Source: Octopus bimaculoides
Lineage: Eukaryota
DNA length: 42,593 nucleotides
Assembly (NCBI RefSeq): GCF_001194135.2
Contig: NC_068989.1
Coordinates: forward strand, 20,353,890-20,396,482
Direction of reading: 5' to 3'
Below the pieces are notes generated by a model that was not told where the DNA came from, did not search any database, and saw nothing but the letters and a program-made list of their open reading frames with translations. The translations under genes and the position numbers were made by a program. Shown in pieces: positions 1-10,559 of this stretch (position 1 is its first letter; the number at the start of each line of letters is the position of its first letter).

Positions 1-52
1 TCAATAATTGCGTTTTTTTTCTCTAAATTATATATATATATATATATATATA

Positions 53-152
53 ATTAATCAAAGGACATACTAAGTATGTCTACCTGCTGGAAATAACAGT
101 CAAAACTCTTATTTCCAGCAGGTAGATATACTTAGTATGTCCTTTGATTAAT
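53..152. repeat. 44-bp-arm inverted repeat (hairpin) with 12-nt loop
   Basis: Arm 53-96 ATTAATCAAAGGACATACTAAGTATGTCTACCTGCTGGAAATAA is the reverse complement of 109-152 with one mismatch (G:T); loop CAGTCAAAACTC. Confidence 0.9.
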
Positions 153-339
153 GTTAATCTTTCAGCTATTTAATGCTTTCTTGGGCCTGCAATCGCCTAT
201 ATTATTGATTCCGTTATTATCATTTTAAAACTATTACACTAGATAATAATAGAGTCAATGATATCTTCACAAATATTTTCTCGTGAATTATTTGCTCCGT
301 ATATATATATAAACTGCATCCCTCTGTCAAACCATGTCG

Positions 340-502
340 AGCCAGTGTGGCAGAGTAGGCTCATCAAACTAGTATGATCTCAAGCACAAATTCATCGTAT
401 TCACATCTGACCGTGGTTGGTGGAGAGAACATGCTAAGGCCTTCGTCCTGTAGTGGACTCAATATAGGCAATCCAATCCAATCCAATCCAGTCCATTCCA
501 AT
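340..502 (+). mobile_element. RTE-like non-LTR retrotransposon 3' end with (AATCC)n tail
   Basis: Reads ...DLKHKFIVFTSDRGWWREHAKAFVL*WTQ, resembling the RTE C-terminal DR..WR...AFV.QW pattern, directly followed by (AATCC)n at ~470-502. Confidence 0.5.
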
Positions 503-3126
503 TTCTGAGCTGACAAGATAAAAGTGTAACCAGTTAACTTCTTTCTGCTAATACATACGCTGATATTTGTCCCAGTTCAGCTATAATTAGAAAAAAATGA
601 TTTCCAAAGACAAGCTACTCTATCATATATGAAGGCTTCAAGTCCTCATATCATCCACTGTATTATATTATATGGAAGGTAAATCTAGGAAGTTCCATAT
701 AAAATCTACATCGTGAGGGGATTTAGAATCTAAAAAATGAGTGTAATTTTATATTTGAATGAAGCTAAAAATGATGTATTTTTTCAACTTCAATTCCAGC
801 GTCAGGTGTAAACCTTCCTCTCCTGTATTTTTCCAAATTCATTTAAGTAAGAATATCATCCATTCTGCGCCCGCATTTTTCTGCAAGTCAAATTTTATTA
901 CATACTATTTACGCAATATTTAATACTTAATATTTAGATACCAACTTCCAGGAATGTGTTTAATATATAAAATTGATATATCCCATAACGTTACACCGTT
1001 GTATTTAGTGCCTATTTAAGCAATATGTTCGTGGATGATTAAGGGTTAGATGGGTGCTAATGAATGAGCAAAAACCTCCGAAATATGGCATATACACCGA
1101 TTACTCTGTTTTCATCTTCGATCTGTGACGTCTCACGTCTTGGATACGAAACGTCGTAACGAAAATCGGCTATAATTTCTACAGAATGTCTGTAGAGATA
1201 ACCTTAACTTTTATATACAGGCAATGCATTTTACAGCCAATAAATAATTGTCCATAATTAGCACATTCAACTTAAACTGGTTGTGTTGCTTACATCGCCT
1301 TAAACTATTATTACGTCCGGAGATATCATCTCATGTTGACGATACGTACTCATTAAGCATTGACTATATCGGCTGACAAGTTCATCGTCTGCAACGGTGG
1401 ATGGCACTACCGTATTACGTGATTTCTTCGTTTCTGTGGCCCATCCGCGGTAGCCAGCCTTGCACCAAATACAAGAACGAAATAACGGTCGAACAGCCAG
1501 TGAAGTTGTGAAAAGCCGGCGGGCTTTTTAGACAAAATTTAAAAAAATATAAATGGTAAAAAAAAAATTGTTTTCGAAAAGTTATGAGTAATAGCGGGAA
1601 TTCATAAATTGAGAAAAAAGTACATTATTTAAAAATGTTAACGAGGAATCCGAGACAAGAAAAAAAAAACTGCTAATAAAGCAGTAGTTGAAGGATTAAA
1701 TTATGCTAGACTGAAAGCATTATATCAAATATGAATCAGTCTGTTTGAGGCAAAAGAGGACTGATCACGTTCATATGTTTTTAGAAACAACACAAGCTCG
1801 CCGTAAGTCTCCTCATCCATTAGACCCGAGATGCGCTTGACGCAGCCATGCCAAACTAAACATCAGATGGCCAACTTGGTGGCACTTTGACGTTGTCATA
1901 TAGAGTCTTGTGATGATGCTTGGAATTTTCCTTGCCTAGTACTTTACTGCCCTTGACGCATCCAGGCATGATGATCAGGAGGAGAGTGATAGAATAACGA
2001 GTAGAAGAATCTTTAATATATACATTTAGCTCGAGCTTCTGAATGACGTTTTTGTATAATTTATCTTCACTTGTTTGAATAGCTTCGTCATGTCCATTTA
2101 GCTCTATATATTCCATATCTCCAGGCCCAGTATATAATTCCACACCGTTTGTAATAAGAATCATCAAAAATTAAAGTATGCAAACGTTATTCGTTATTAA
2201 AAATGGGTGCCTATTTTTGTGAAATTAAGTATTCAGTTTAAATATGTAGCTCATTTAATATGATATTTTAAAATATTATCTTGCAAAATATAATCATAAA
2301 TAATATTATGCCTATCTCCATTAATATTTTATATTTATCTGAAGTGCATCCCCCACTCCAAGAAAAAGCTATATCCAAAAGATAAAAACACTGAAAGGCA
2401 GTTAAAAATAATACGTAAGCACAACCTAATGCTGTAAAAGAACGAAAATAATTTGTAAAAATTAGATTATCTAATCAAAACTGTGAGTAAAATTCCAAGT
2501 CAAGAAAATTTTTTATAGAAAAATACTGATTAAAAATGAATTTTATTAAGAGAATATGACAAATGAGATGAAATAAGCTACAAATTAAATGAAGACCACT
2601 GAAATGTTGAAACTCTTTTTGATTCTTTTCATCATACATACACAGACAAAAGTGAAATACTGTTTGATATTGGTTAGAAATATTGTGGATATTTAAAGAA
2701 AAAATAGGGGGCCAGAAAGAACAGTCTCTATTGCTTTTAGAATCAGTTCGCAACCACGTGGCATTCACAGTCACACGGTGCAGCGAACTGAATCGAGCAA
2801 TACCTTGTGAGGAAATTTAGTAGATAGAGTTTGTCCATATGGAAATCCCCAAATATTTTTCGAAAAATGCGTGTCGAAAATATTGGGGTGGGGAGAGTGT
2901 GTGTGAAAATTTGAAAAGCTGTTTTTTGGAGCAAAATCATATTCTCCCTTGTTGAAAACAGAATTCCAAAGAAATGTTTGAAAAGAAAAAAATAAATAAA
3001 AAGAGGGAGGATGCGTATTTTGAATCTACTCCAAATTATTCCGCTTTTGAATTGTATATACTTACTAATTGCCGATAGAGACCATCACTACTTTGTTCTG
3101 ATACTAATGTTTACTTACTTACTCTG

Positions 3127-3129
<3 letters not shown>

Positions 3130-3215
<86 letters not shown>

Positions 3216-3234
3216 ATGTGTGTGTGTGTGTGTA
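3130..3234. repeat. (AT)n-(GT)n compound microsatellite
   Basis: Seen directly. Confidence 0.97.
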
Positions 3235-3883
3235 TGGTTGTGTTAGATGAGTGTTCTACATACTTATACGCTTCTCTACTCTTTGGTCCCCCGTTGTTCA
3301 CGTTCAAATATGGCCTCTATTCCTCTTAACTTTTTATACCTCACTAATTTCGACATACTTTTCAGAATTAGATTTCTCTCTTTAAGTACATTCTTGTACG
3401 CTTATTTTTTTTTTTAAATCAAAAGATATCAATATTTAAAGCGTTACACTTATTTCAGTTTAGCCACTTTTTACTTCACGAGTGTTTTTCTTTTTTGATA
3501 CTGCATCAATCTCCATGCACACCAAAGTATATTGTACCTCAGAGTATATACTAAATTTCCTTAAAAAACACTGATGTTTGGTAGGTTAAATACAACACCA
3601 GATATTTCTTTCTTTCCAGTATGACCACTTAAAATCATATTGCTTATTCAACCACGTTTAAGCGCCCATATATCATTGTAACCTTCTTCTATTGATACAA
3701 TATTATATTATTATCGTTCAAAATGTTGCTTGGCACTGGTCCATTTCAACAAACTTAATTCTAGTTGAAATTTGTAATGAAGTCGTGCGAGAGGGTAGTG
3801 GTGGCGGATGAGTAAATATGACCTTAAGAATATTATTCTCCTGACATGGCACTGAATGTATATTTCTGTTTGTGTAAGCCTCC

Positions 3884-3973
3884 CTCTCTCTTTCTCTCTC
3901 ACTAAATGCTCTCACCCTCGCTCTCTCTCTCCGCACACACACGCACACACACATACACATGCATACCACACAA

Positions 3974-4008
<35 letters not shown>
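3884..4008. repeat. (CT)n/(CA)n/(TACA)n microsatellite cluster
   Basis: Seen directly. Confidence 0.9.
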
Positions 4009-4390
4009 GGCGCGGATGTGGCTGTGTGGTAAGAAGCTTCTTCCCAACCACATGGTTCCGAGTTCAGTCCTACTACGTGGCACCATGGACAAGTATCTTC
4101 TACTATAGCCTCAGGCCGACCAAAGTCTTGTGAGTGGATTTGGTAGACGGAAACTGAAATATATGTAAGTATTTATGTGTGTATTTTTGTGTCTGTGTTT
4201 GTCCCCCACCATCACTTAACCGATGCTGGTGTGTTTACGTCCCCGTAACTTAGCAGTTCAGCGAAAATGACCGAAAGAATAAGTACTAGGCTTACAAAGA
4301 TTAAGTTCTGGAGTCGATTTCATCGACTAAAATCCTTTAGAGCGGTGTTCCAGCATGTCCGAATCTAAATGACGGAAAGAAGTAAAAGTA
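4009..4390 (+). mobile_element. tRNA-derived SINE, family A
   Basis: Head GGCGCGGATGTGGCTGTGTGGTAAG (A-box-like) and GGTTCCGAGTTCAGTCC (B-box-like), internal (GT)-rich linker, AAGTAAAAG tail; homologous copy at 30576-30969 on the minus strand. Confidence 0.88.
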
Positions 4391-4440
4391 TACACACACA
4401 CACATACACACACACATACACACACACACACACACACATA
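4391..4440. repeat. (CA)n microsatellite
   Basis: Seen directly. Confidence 0.95.
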
Positions 4441-5091
4441 TAATACACAGAAATAATGGGTTATATATATATACATTTATTTTATTATAGGCTTACAGTT
4501 GTTTCAGATAAAAGTTGGGTGTGTTCATGGTTCAATCTTATCATTCGAGCTTTTGATCGACTGGAAACCGTCACACTAATTTATCTTCCTCAGAGCCGAA
4601 ATAAACCAACCGCCAAAGAAATATATATATTTACAGACACACATTGTTTGTGTATTCTTGTTATTTCATTTTTTAAAATTCTCTTTCCTTTGTTTAATTT
4701 GTGAATTCGTCCTCTAGCGTGTATAGAAATGCAATTGTATGTGCCAGTAAACGCACATATATGTATGTACACAACTGATATATGTATCAAATTATCTAGT
4801 TGTCTATATGTATGCATATATGAGTATTTTTATCATTATGTGAGTTCGCGCGCACACACATTCATAACGTGAAGGTAAAAGGGATTTGAAATATGGGTAG
4901 ATACCTTATTAGCATCCAGATACAATCCAGGTTCTGGTAAACCACATCAAAGGATGTGGTTTACATGACAGGGAACATATGACAGGTAACATATGACAGG
5001 TAACGTATAGAATTATTTAAGATAAACGATTACACGGTACTTCACTCAATATGTAAATCCTGGATTTCATACAGCATAGAGAGTTTATGAT

Positions 5092-5262
5092 CAAGGCATC
5101 AAGAAGAATGGGGAATTATACATTTTCAAAATTTGTTTATTACAGTATTATTCTCCTTAAATTCACACTAGATTCCAACCTGAGGCATGTTTCTATGTCC
5201 TTTGATGTAGCGTTTATGTGCATTTAGTTGCTTTAGTTGCTTGAGTTGCAGTACTTATTCAT
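5092..5262 (-). repeat. Unclassified interspersed repeat, copy 1
   Basis: Reverse complement aligns by eye with 17525-17712 (GCAACTAAATGCACATAAA.GCTACATCAAA.GACAT ... TTGGAATCTAGTGT ... ATACTGTAATAAACAA.TTTTGAA). Confidence 0.75.
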
Positions 5263-5948
5263 CCATGGCAGACATTCCTATGCAGCTTTGTTCAAGTTTT
5301 TTTCCCCTGCGGGTAGCTGAAGCGAGTTGAGGAATCCAGTGTTAAATGGTCTTCTTTAAATATAATCAAGGTGAGAGAATCATAAGTCTTTGTGTACATG
5401 ATAGTAGAGATTGCTTTGAAATACGATATGGATATAGCTCGGAGATAATTTAAACTAAGAATGGCCTTTTAGAATTTAAGCAAACGGATTATTTTATATA
5501 CATAGTGATAAAACAATTTCGTCAGGATGCATCCCCTCACTAAACAAAAAAAGGTTCTATAATAATACTCTTGCTGAAGCTTGATGTAAAGATAAAATAT
5601 CCTATATTCTTAGAAATGAAATGAAAGAACATATCAATGAGGTTTATGCTATGAAACAAATTAAAAGAGTGAACGTAAAACGACACTAGATTCTAAGTAA
5701 TATGGGTGCGCTAAATACGAATTTTAACTCGATTTGGCTCTATCAGGTCCGTATTCATGTTTTCAAATTTATTTTCCAGTTTCATCAATACAAACAGTTC
5801 AAACTGCTGTAAAATTACATTATAACGATAGAAATGACTTAAATAATAATAATAATAAAGAATAGATATGAAGCTTTCACTCTGACAAAAATTTTCTTTT
5901 ATAAGTTTTAGCGTATATGGCAAGTCTTTTTTCAGGTAACAATAGTAA

Positions 5949-8179
5949 CACTGGGCAGCAAAACAAGATTTATTGTCTGCTATCCAGACAAATGGTGCTG
6001 CACTAAACTATATAGAGTACGCTTATTACGAATCTGAACTCAGAATTGCTGTAGCACGTCATGATTTTGAGTTATGTGCATAATTATATATTAATACTAT
6101 ATTAGAATCAGGAATAATTAAGTTCAAGTTAAATAATTATTATAATAGTATATCAATACTGAAAATAGTAAATTTATGTTCAAGGCAAATTGTATTATAA
6201 TATTATGGTACATAGTATATTTATGTTAAGGGAATACTCACTTTATATTTGATATGCTCAGCTCAGAAATGTTTGAGAAACTTACTCTTGCACTTATGCA
6301 TCGTGCTGGTCTTCCGTTGTAGGAACCAACAGTAGTCAGTCACCCATCATATGTGGATTGAACCGGCCTTGATATCTCGTTTCCATCCCAGATATGTCCT
6401 GGTAGAACCTCTCACCATGCTCGTCACTAAGGGCACCAAGATTCTTTGGAAAAAAATCAAGATGAGAATGTAAGGAGTGCATTTTAAGGGAGATTCGGCA
6501 TCCCATTCTTTCATCTGCTGTTAGCATATTGTTTATTAAATCAGCATAGTTTTCAACTCTATGATTTTCAAGAAAATTCTGTACAACTAAAACGAAAGAA
6601 TCCCATGCCGCCAGCTCAACTGGATTCAGTTAACCTCTGAATTTGCTATCAGATATAAATTCTCTGATCTTGGATTCAATGAAAATGCCTGCTTTCAGTT
6701 TTGCGTCAGTTTTCTCTGCACCAAATTTTGCTTTTAAATACTGGAAGCTACAACCATCGTGTGCCATTGCTTTTACGAAGTTTTTCATGAGGCCGAGTTC
6801 GATGTAAGGGGGTGGAAGGAAGATCTTTTCTGGGTCTACCAGTGGCATATGCTGCACATTTTACCGACCAACTATGCTCTCATCTCTTTTAGGCCAGTCT
6901 TTTATAGTGTAATGATTGCTGTCATCGTGCTGTTCCAAACACACAAGAAGCACATATTTTTGGTATATCCTAGCTGCAGTCCTAGGAGGAGGCAAGTCAC
7001 CTCTAAATCACCACAAACATTCCACTTATGAACTGAGTAATTAACTCCTTTCAGAACGAGTTCCAGCTATACATAAGTTTCTTCCATACAGTTAACACAA
7101 CCCACAGGAATGGAAGATCTTTCATTACCATTATGTAACAACACAGCTTTGAGACTAACCTTACTCGAATCTATAAGCAATCTCCTTTCGTTAGCCACAT
7201 GCACGTGTCCTAGGTTTTAAGTGAGTGCATTACCATCAGTACAGAAACAAGCATTATTTTCTTGCTTGAAAAAGACAGATAAGCTTTTATGGCGAGAATG
7301 GAAAATGGAAATTTTCATACCTTGCTATAGGAGATTCCGTTGTAGTTTGGATCCCAAAACTTCTGCTCTCTCCTTTGACAATGCTAGGTCTCTTACTAAA
7401 TCGTTCAAATAGTTTTGATTAAACTAGCCTGGCTCATTTTTCTTAGAATCACCTACGTACTCTTCGTCGATAGGAGAGTCAGGGGGTCCATCATGTGACG
7501 TGTCAAAATTTTCAAGTGAAGCATGTGGAAGGGGAACTGGGACAGTGTTCTCGAAGTCATGTGGGACCAGCTTTAGAGCCGACTTACAATCTGCATACAC
7601 AATTTTTGCTTTGGACTTCTTTGAGAAACCACTAATATTAGCCATGCAAAAGTAATAGTCAGAGACAAGATTGGTTGGCTCACGCCATACCATTGAACAG
7701 CAAAAGGCATTCCCTTCCGTTTTCCATTCAGCCACTGTGGAAACTCTGAGTAAAACACGGTGCAGCATATATGAGGTGCCAACCTCTTGTCTTGGTTCTC
7801 AATGAGCACAGTTAAAACAGTAATCACACAGAGCGAGAGAAACACATACCACACGTGACGACAGCGCAAATGACACTGAGTTTTACCAAGAACAAATTGA
7901 TGTATTTGGCGCTTGCACACAATACATCAGTTTTATCTATTGTTAAACTAAATAATGAACTTTCTCATCATTTGTTTTATTGCTGTTATTTCTTTAATTT
8001 TGTATTAAGACTGCTTTCATTTTAGCAAATTTTATAACACGGCCTACATGTAGCCGAAAGTATAGTTATAGTCTTGCGCATGCGCATAACCCAAAATCCT
8101 GATGTCCTAGGACAATTCTGAGTGCGGATTCGGAATCAGCATCCTCGATTTAGTCTAGAACACATGCTTTTACCCAGTA
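5949..8179 (-). mobile_element. Degenerate near-full-length Chapaev-type (CMC superfamily) DNA transposon; transposase pseudogene
   Basis: Minus-strand motifs in order: APHICC...WLNGKRKGMPFA, MVWREPTN..SDYYFC, NDLVRDLALSKE, IDSSKVSLKAVLLHNGN, LGLMKNFVKAM, SLKMHSLHSHLDFFPKNLGALSDEHGERFYQDI...RYQG. Termini CACTGGG (5949) and CCCAGTA (8179) share a subterminal GAATC.G.ACTCAGAATTG motif. Many stops and frameshifts, including a 4-bp TGAC duplication near 6340. No matching TSD seen. The Chapaev3 label comes from recalled motifs. Confidence 0.8.
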
Positions 8180-8199
8180 GCAAAATCTTTGTTGTCCTG

Positions 8200-8357
8200 T
8201 GTAATCAGCCATCACGTGGGAATTCCAGCGTCCTTGATACCGTTCCTCTATAATGTTGATATCTTGGTGGAATCTTTCCCTTTGTTCGTCACTTACAGCA
8301 CCTAAATTACTTGGAAATTGGTCAAGATGGTTATTCAAAAAATGCATTTTTACACAC
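8200..8357 (-). mobile_element. Second, diverged Chapaev-type transposase C-terminal fragment
   Basis: VKMHFLNNHLDQFPSNLGAVSDEQRERFHQDINIIEERYQGRWNSHVMADY, homologous to but different from the 6340-6500 segment. Confidence 0.8.
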
Positions 8358-8467
8358 GTGACCAGCGAGGGGTATATATGTTTATGTGTATGTATATATC
8401 TGTATCTAAATCTATATGTATGTATGTATCTATCAATATGCATACACGTATATATATATATATATAT

Positions 8468-9104
8468 NNNNNNNNNNNNNNNNNNNNNNNNNNNNNNNNN
8501 NNNNNNNNNNNNNNNNNNNNNNNNNNNNNNNNNNNNNNNNNNNNNNNNNNNNNNNNNNNNNNNNNNNNNNNNNNNNNNNNNNNNNNNNNNNNNNNNNNNN
8601 NNNNNNNNNNNNNNNNNNNNNNNNNNNNNNNNNNNNNNNNNNNNNNNNNNNNNNNNNNNNNNNNNNNNNNNNNNNNNNNNNNNNNNNNNNNNNNNNNNNN
8701 NNNNNNNNNNNNNNNNNNNNNNNNNNNNNNNNNNNNNNNNNNNNNNNNNNNNNNNNNNNNNNNNNNNNNNNNNNNNNNNNNNNNNNNNNNNNNNNNNNNN
8801 NNNNNNNNNNNNNNNNNNNNNNNNNNNNNNNNNNNNNNNNNNNNNNNNNNNNNNNNNNNNNNNNNNNNNNNNNNNNNNNNNNNNNNNNNNNNNNNNNNNN
8901 NNNNNNNNNNNNNNNNNNNNNNNNNNNNNNNNNNNNNNNNNNNNNNNNNNNNNNNNNNNNNNNNNNNNNNNNNNNNNNNNNNNNNNNNNNNNNNNNNNNN
9001 NNNNNNNNNNNNNNNNNNNNNNNNNNNNNNNNNNNNNNNNNNNNNNNNNNNNNNNNNNNNNNNNNNNNNNNNNNNNNNNNNNNNNNNNNNNNNNNNNNNN
9101 NNNN
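8468..9104. other. Assembly gap (N run) between (TA)n and (GAA)n
   Basis: N run; ORFs spanning it are artefacts. Confidence 1.
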
Positions 9105-9182
9105 AAGAAGAAGAAGAAGAAGAAGAAGAAGAAGAAGAAGAAGAAGAAGAAGAAGAAGAAGAAGAAGAAGAAGAAGAAGAAG
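9105..9182. repeat. (GAA)n microsatellite, truncated by the gap
   Basis: Seen directly. Confidence 0.98.
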
Positions 9183-9430
9183 ATTTGAGGACTAGAGTTT
9201 GATGGAGTTTGTGAGAATGAATGTGATAATGGCTGGTGAAGGGTGAGAAAAATATTTATCAAAGGATTTCAAGTCGATCTAAACTTGACTGAAAATCAGA
9301 AATTGACTGAAAGTCACGCGATTGGTTATGCTATATAACGACTTTGCAAATCAGTATATATGTCTTTTCAGCACTGGCCAAGGAGACATAACTCATTTAG
9401 TCAAAGTGATAATATATTTTAACATAATAT

Positions 9431-9728
9431 AGCGAATTGGCAGAATCGTTAACACTGGCCCTTCAGTTTACCGCCCCAGAGCCCTCTCAAAAACGCATAT
9501 TGCCTACAGCAGACCGCAAAGTCATCGTTAGGAAGCTGGAAAAAAAACTGCATGGCGACATTTCTTCCACTTTTACGTTATGGGTTCAAATGCTGCTGAG
9601 GTTAACTTTGACTTTCTTCCTTTCGAGGTCGATAAAATAAGAAGCAGTTGCACACGGGTTCGATGTTGTCGATTAGCTCCGCCCTCCAAGACTTCTCAAC
9701 TTGCATCTATAGGAGAAAGGTTTATAAC
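9431..9728 (+). mobile_element. tRNA-derived SINE, family B (diverged, with duplicated or interrupted head)
   Basis: GCGAATTGGCAGAATCGTTAAC head, then GGGTTCAAAT...GAGGTTAACTTTGACTTT...CCTTTCGAGGTCGATAAAATAAG core as in other family B copies. Confidence 0.7.
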
Positions 9729-10137
9729 ATTCATATTCTGGCATGAGAATTTACTCGTAAGGAAACTTATACTTTGACTGGTAGGGAATAAGAAAACAAA
9801 AGACAACACTCCATCTCAGAAAATAAAACAACACAAATAATCTAAGAGTTTGAAGCATAAGACAGAAATTCGTCCAGTAAACTAGAGAATATATAGGTGA
9901 ATGGATGTAAGTTAAAGTAGTCTATTTACGGTTGTTGAGACTTGAGACTAGCATTAAATACGGTTTTGATTTCAAAAATGTTTCCTTTTAAATAAGGTAA
10001 TTTTCTGTCAAATGAAATTATTGTAATGTTGGTTGTAACTTAAACAATTTTACTGGGATATTGTGAGGGGCAGCTTAGACTTGAAGAAATCAGTAAAGTT
10101 TAAGCAATAAGTTTCGAAAAGAGCTTATTTAATAATT

Positions 10138-10346
10138 CTTTCTACCATAGGCATAAGGCGTGAAATTTTCAGGGAAGGATTAAGTCTGTTACATCGACCC
10201 CGGTGCAAGATAAATACTTATTTTATTAACTCCGAAAACAATGAGACGTAAAGTCAACCTTGGTGTAATCTGAACTCAGAACTTAAAGCCAGAAATGCGA
10301 CCAAGCATTTTGTCCGGCGTATTATCATCCACCAGCTCGGCGACTT
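10138..10346 (-). mobile_element. SINE family B (diverged)
   Basis: ACATCGACCCCGGTGC...AAAGTCAACCTTGGTGTAATCTGAACTCAGAAC...CCAGCTCGGCG matches the reverse complement of the 39851 copy. Confidence 0.75.
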
Positions 10347-10559
10347 ATGAACTTGCGTCATAATAAAATTGAACATGATTAATTCAAGGAATATAGGAAA
10401 AAATTAAGAAGCTAAAAGGAAAGCAAATGCCTTCTGTATGTATTGAAAATATAATAAAAAAAGTCAATCGTTTAATTTTGTAATATGGTTGCATGCCTAA
10501 AATAGTTTAAAATGGCGACTTCTAGTCTTATCTTAAAAGCCGTGTGATAAATAATTGAA

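Noticed and set aside
2345-2375. Recurrent TGCATCCC(C/T) motif at ~316, ~2345 and ~5529
   Set aside because: Only 8-12 bp shared; consistent with chance or an unresolvable old repeat.
3718-3870. Minus frame ENNILKVIFTHPPPLPSRTTSLQISTRIKFVEMDQCQATF*
   Set aside because: No recognised homology or convincing acceptor, and the upstream part of the ORF is microsatellite and SINE.
8150-9262. Long ORFs (259-370 aa) spanning 8150-9262, and similar ones at 18376-19068 and 31762-32121
   Set aside because: They read through N gaps and microsatellites; the only real coding signal is the Chapaev fragment at 8200-8357.
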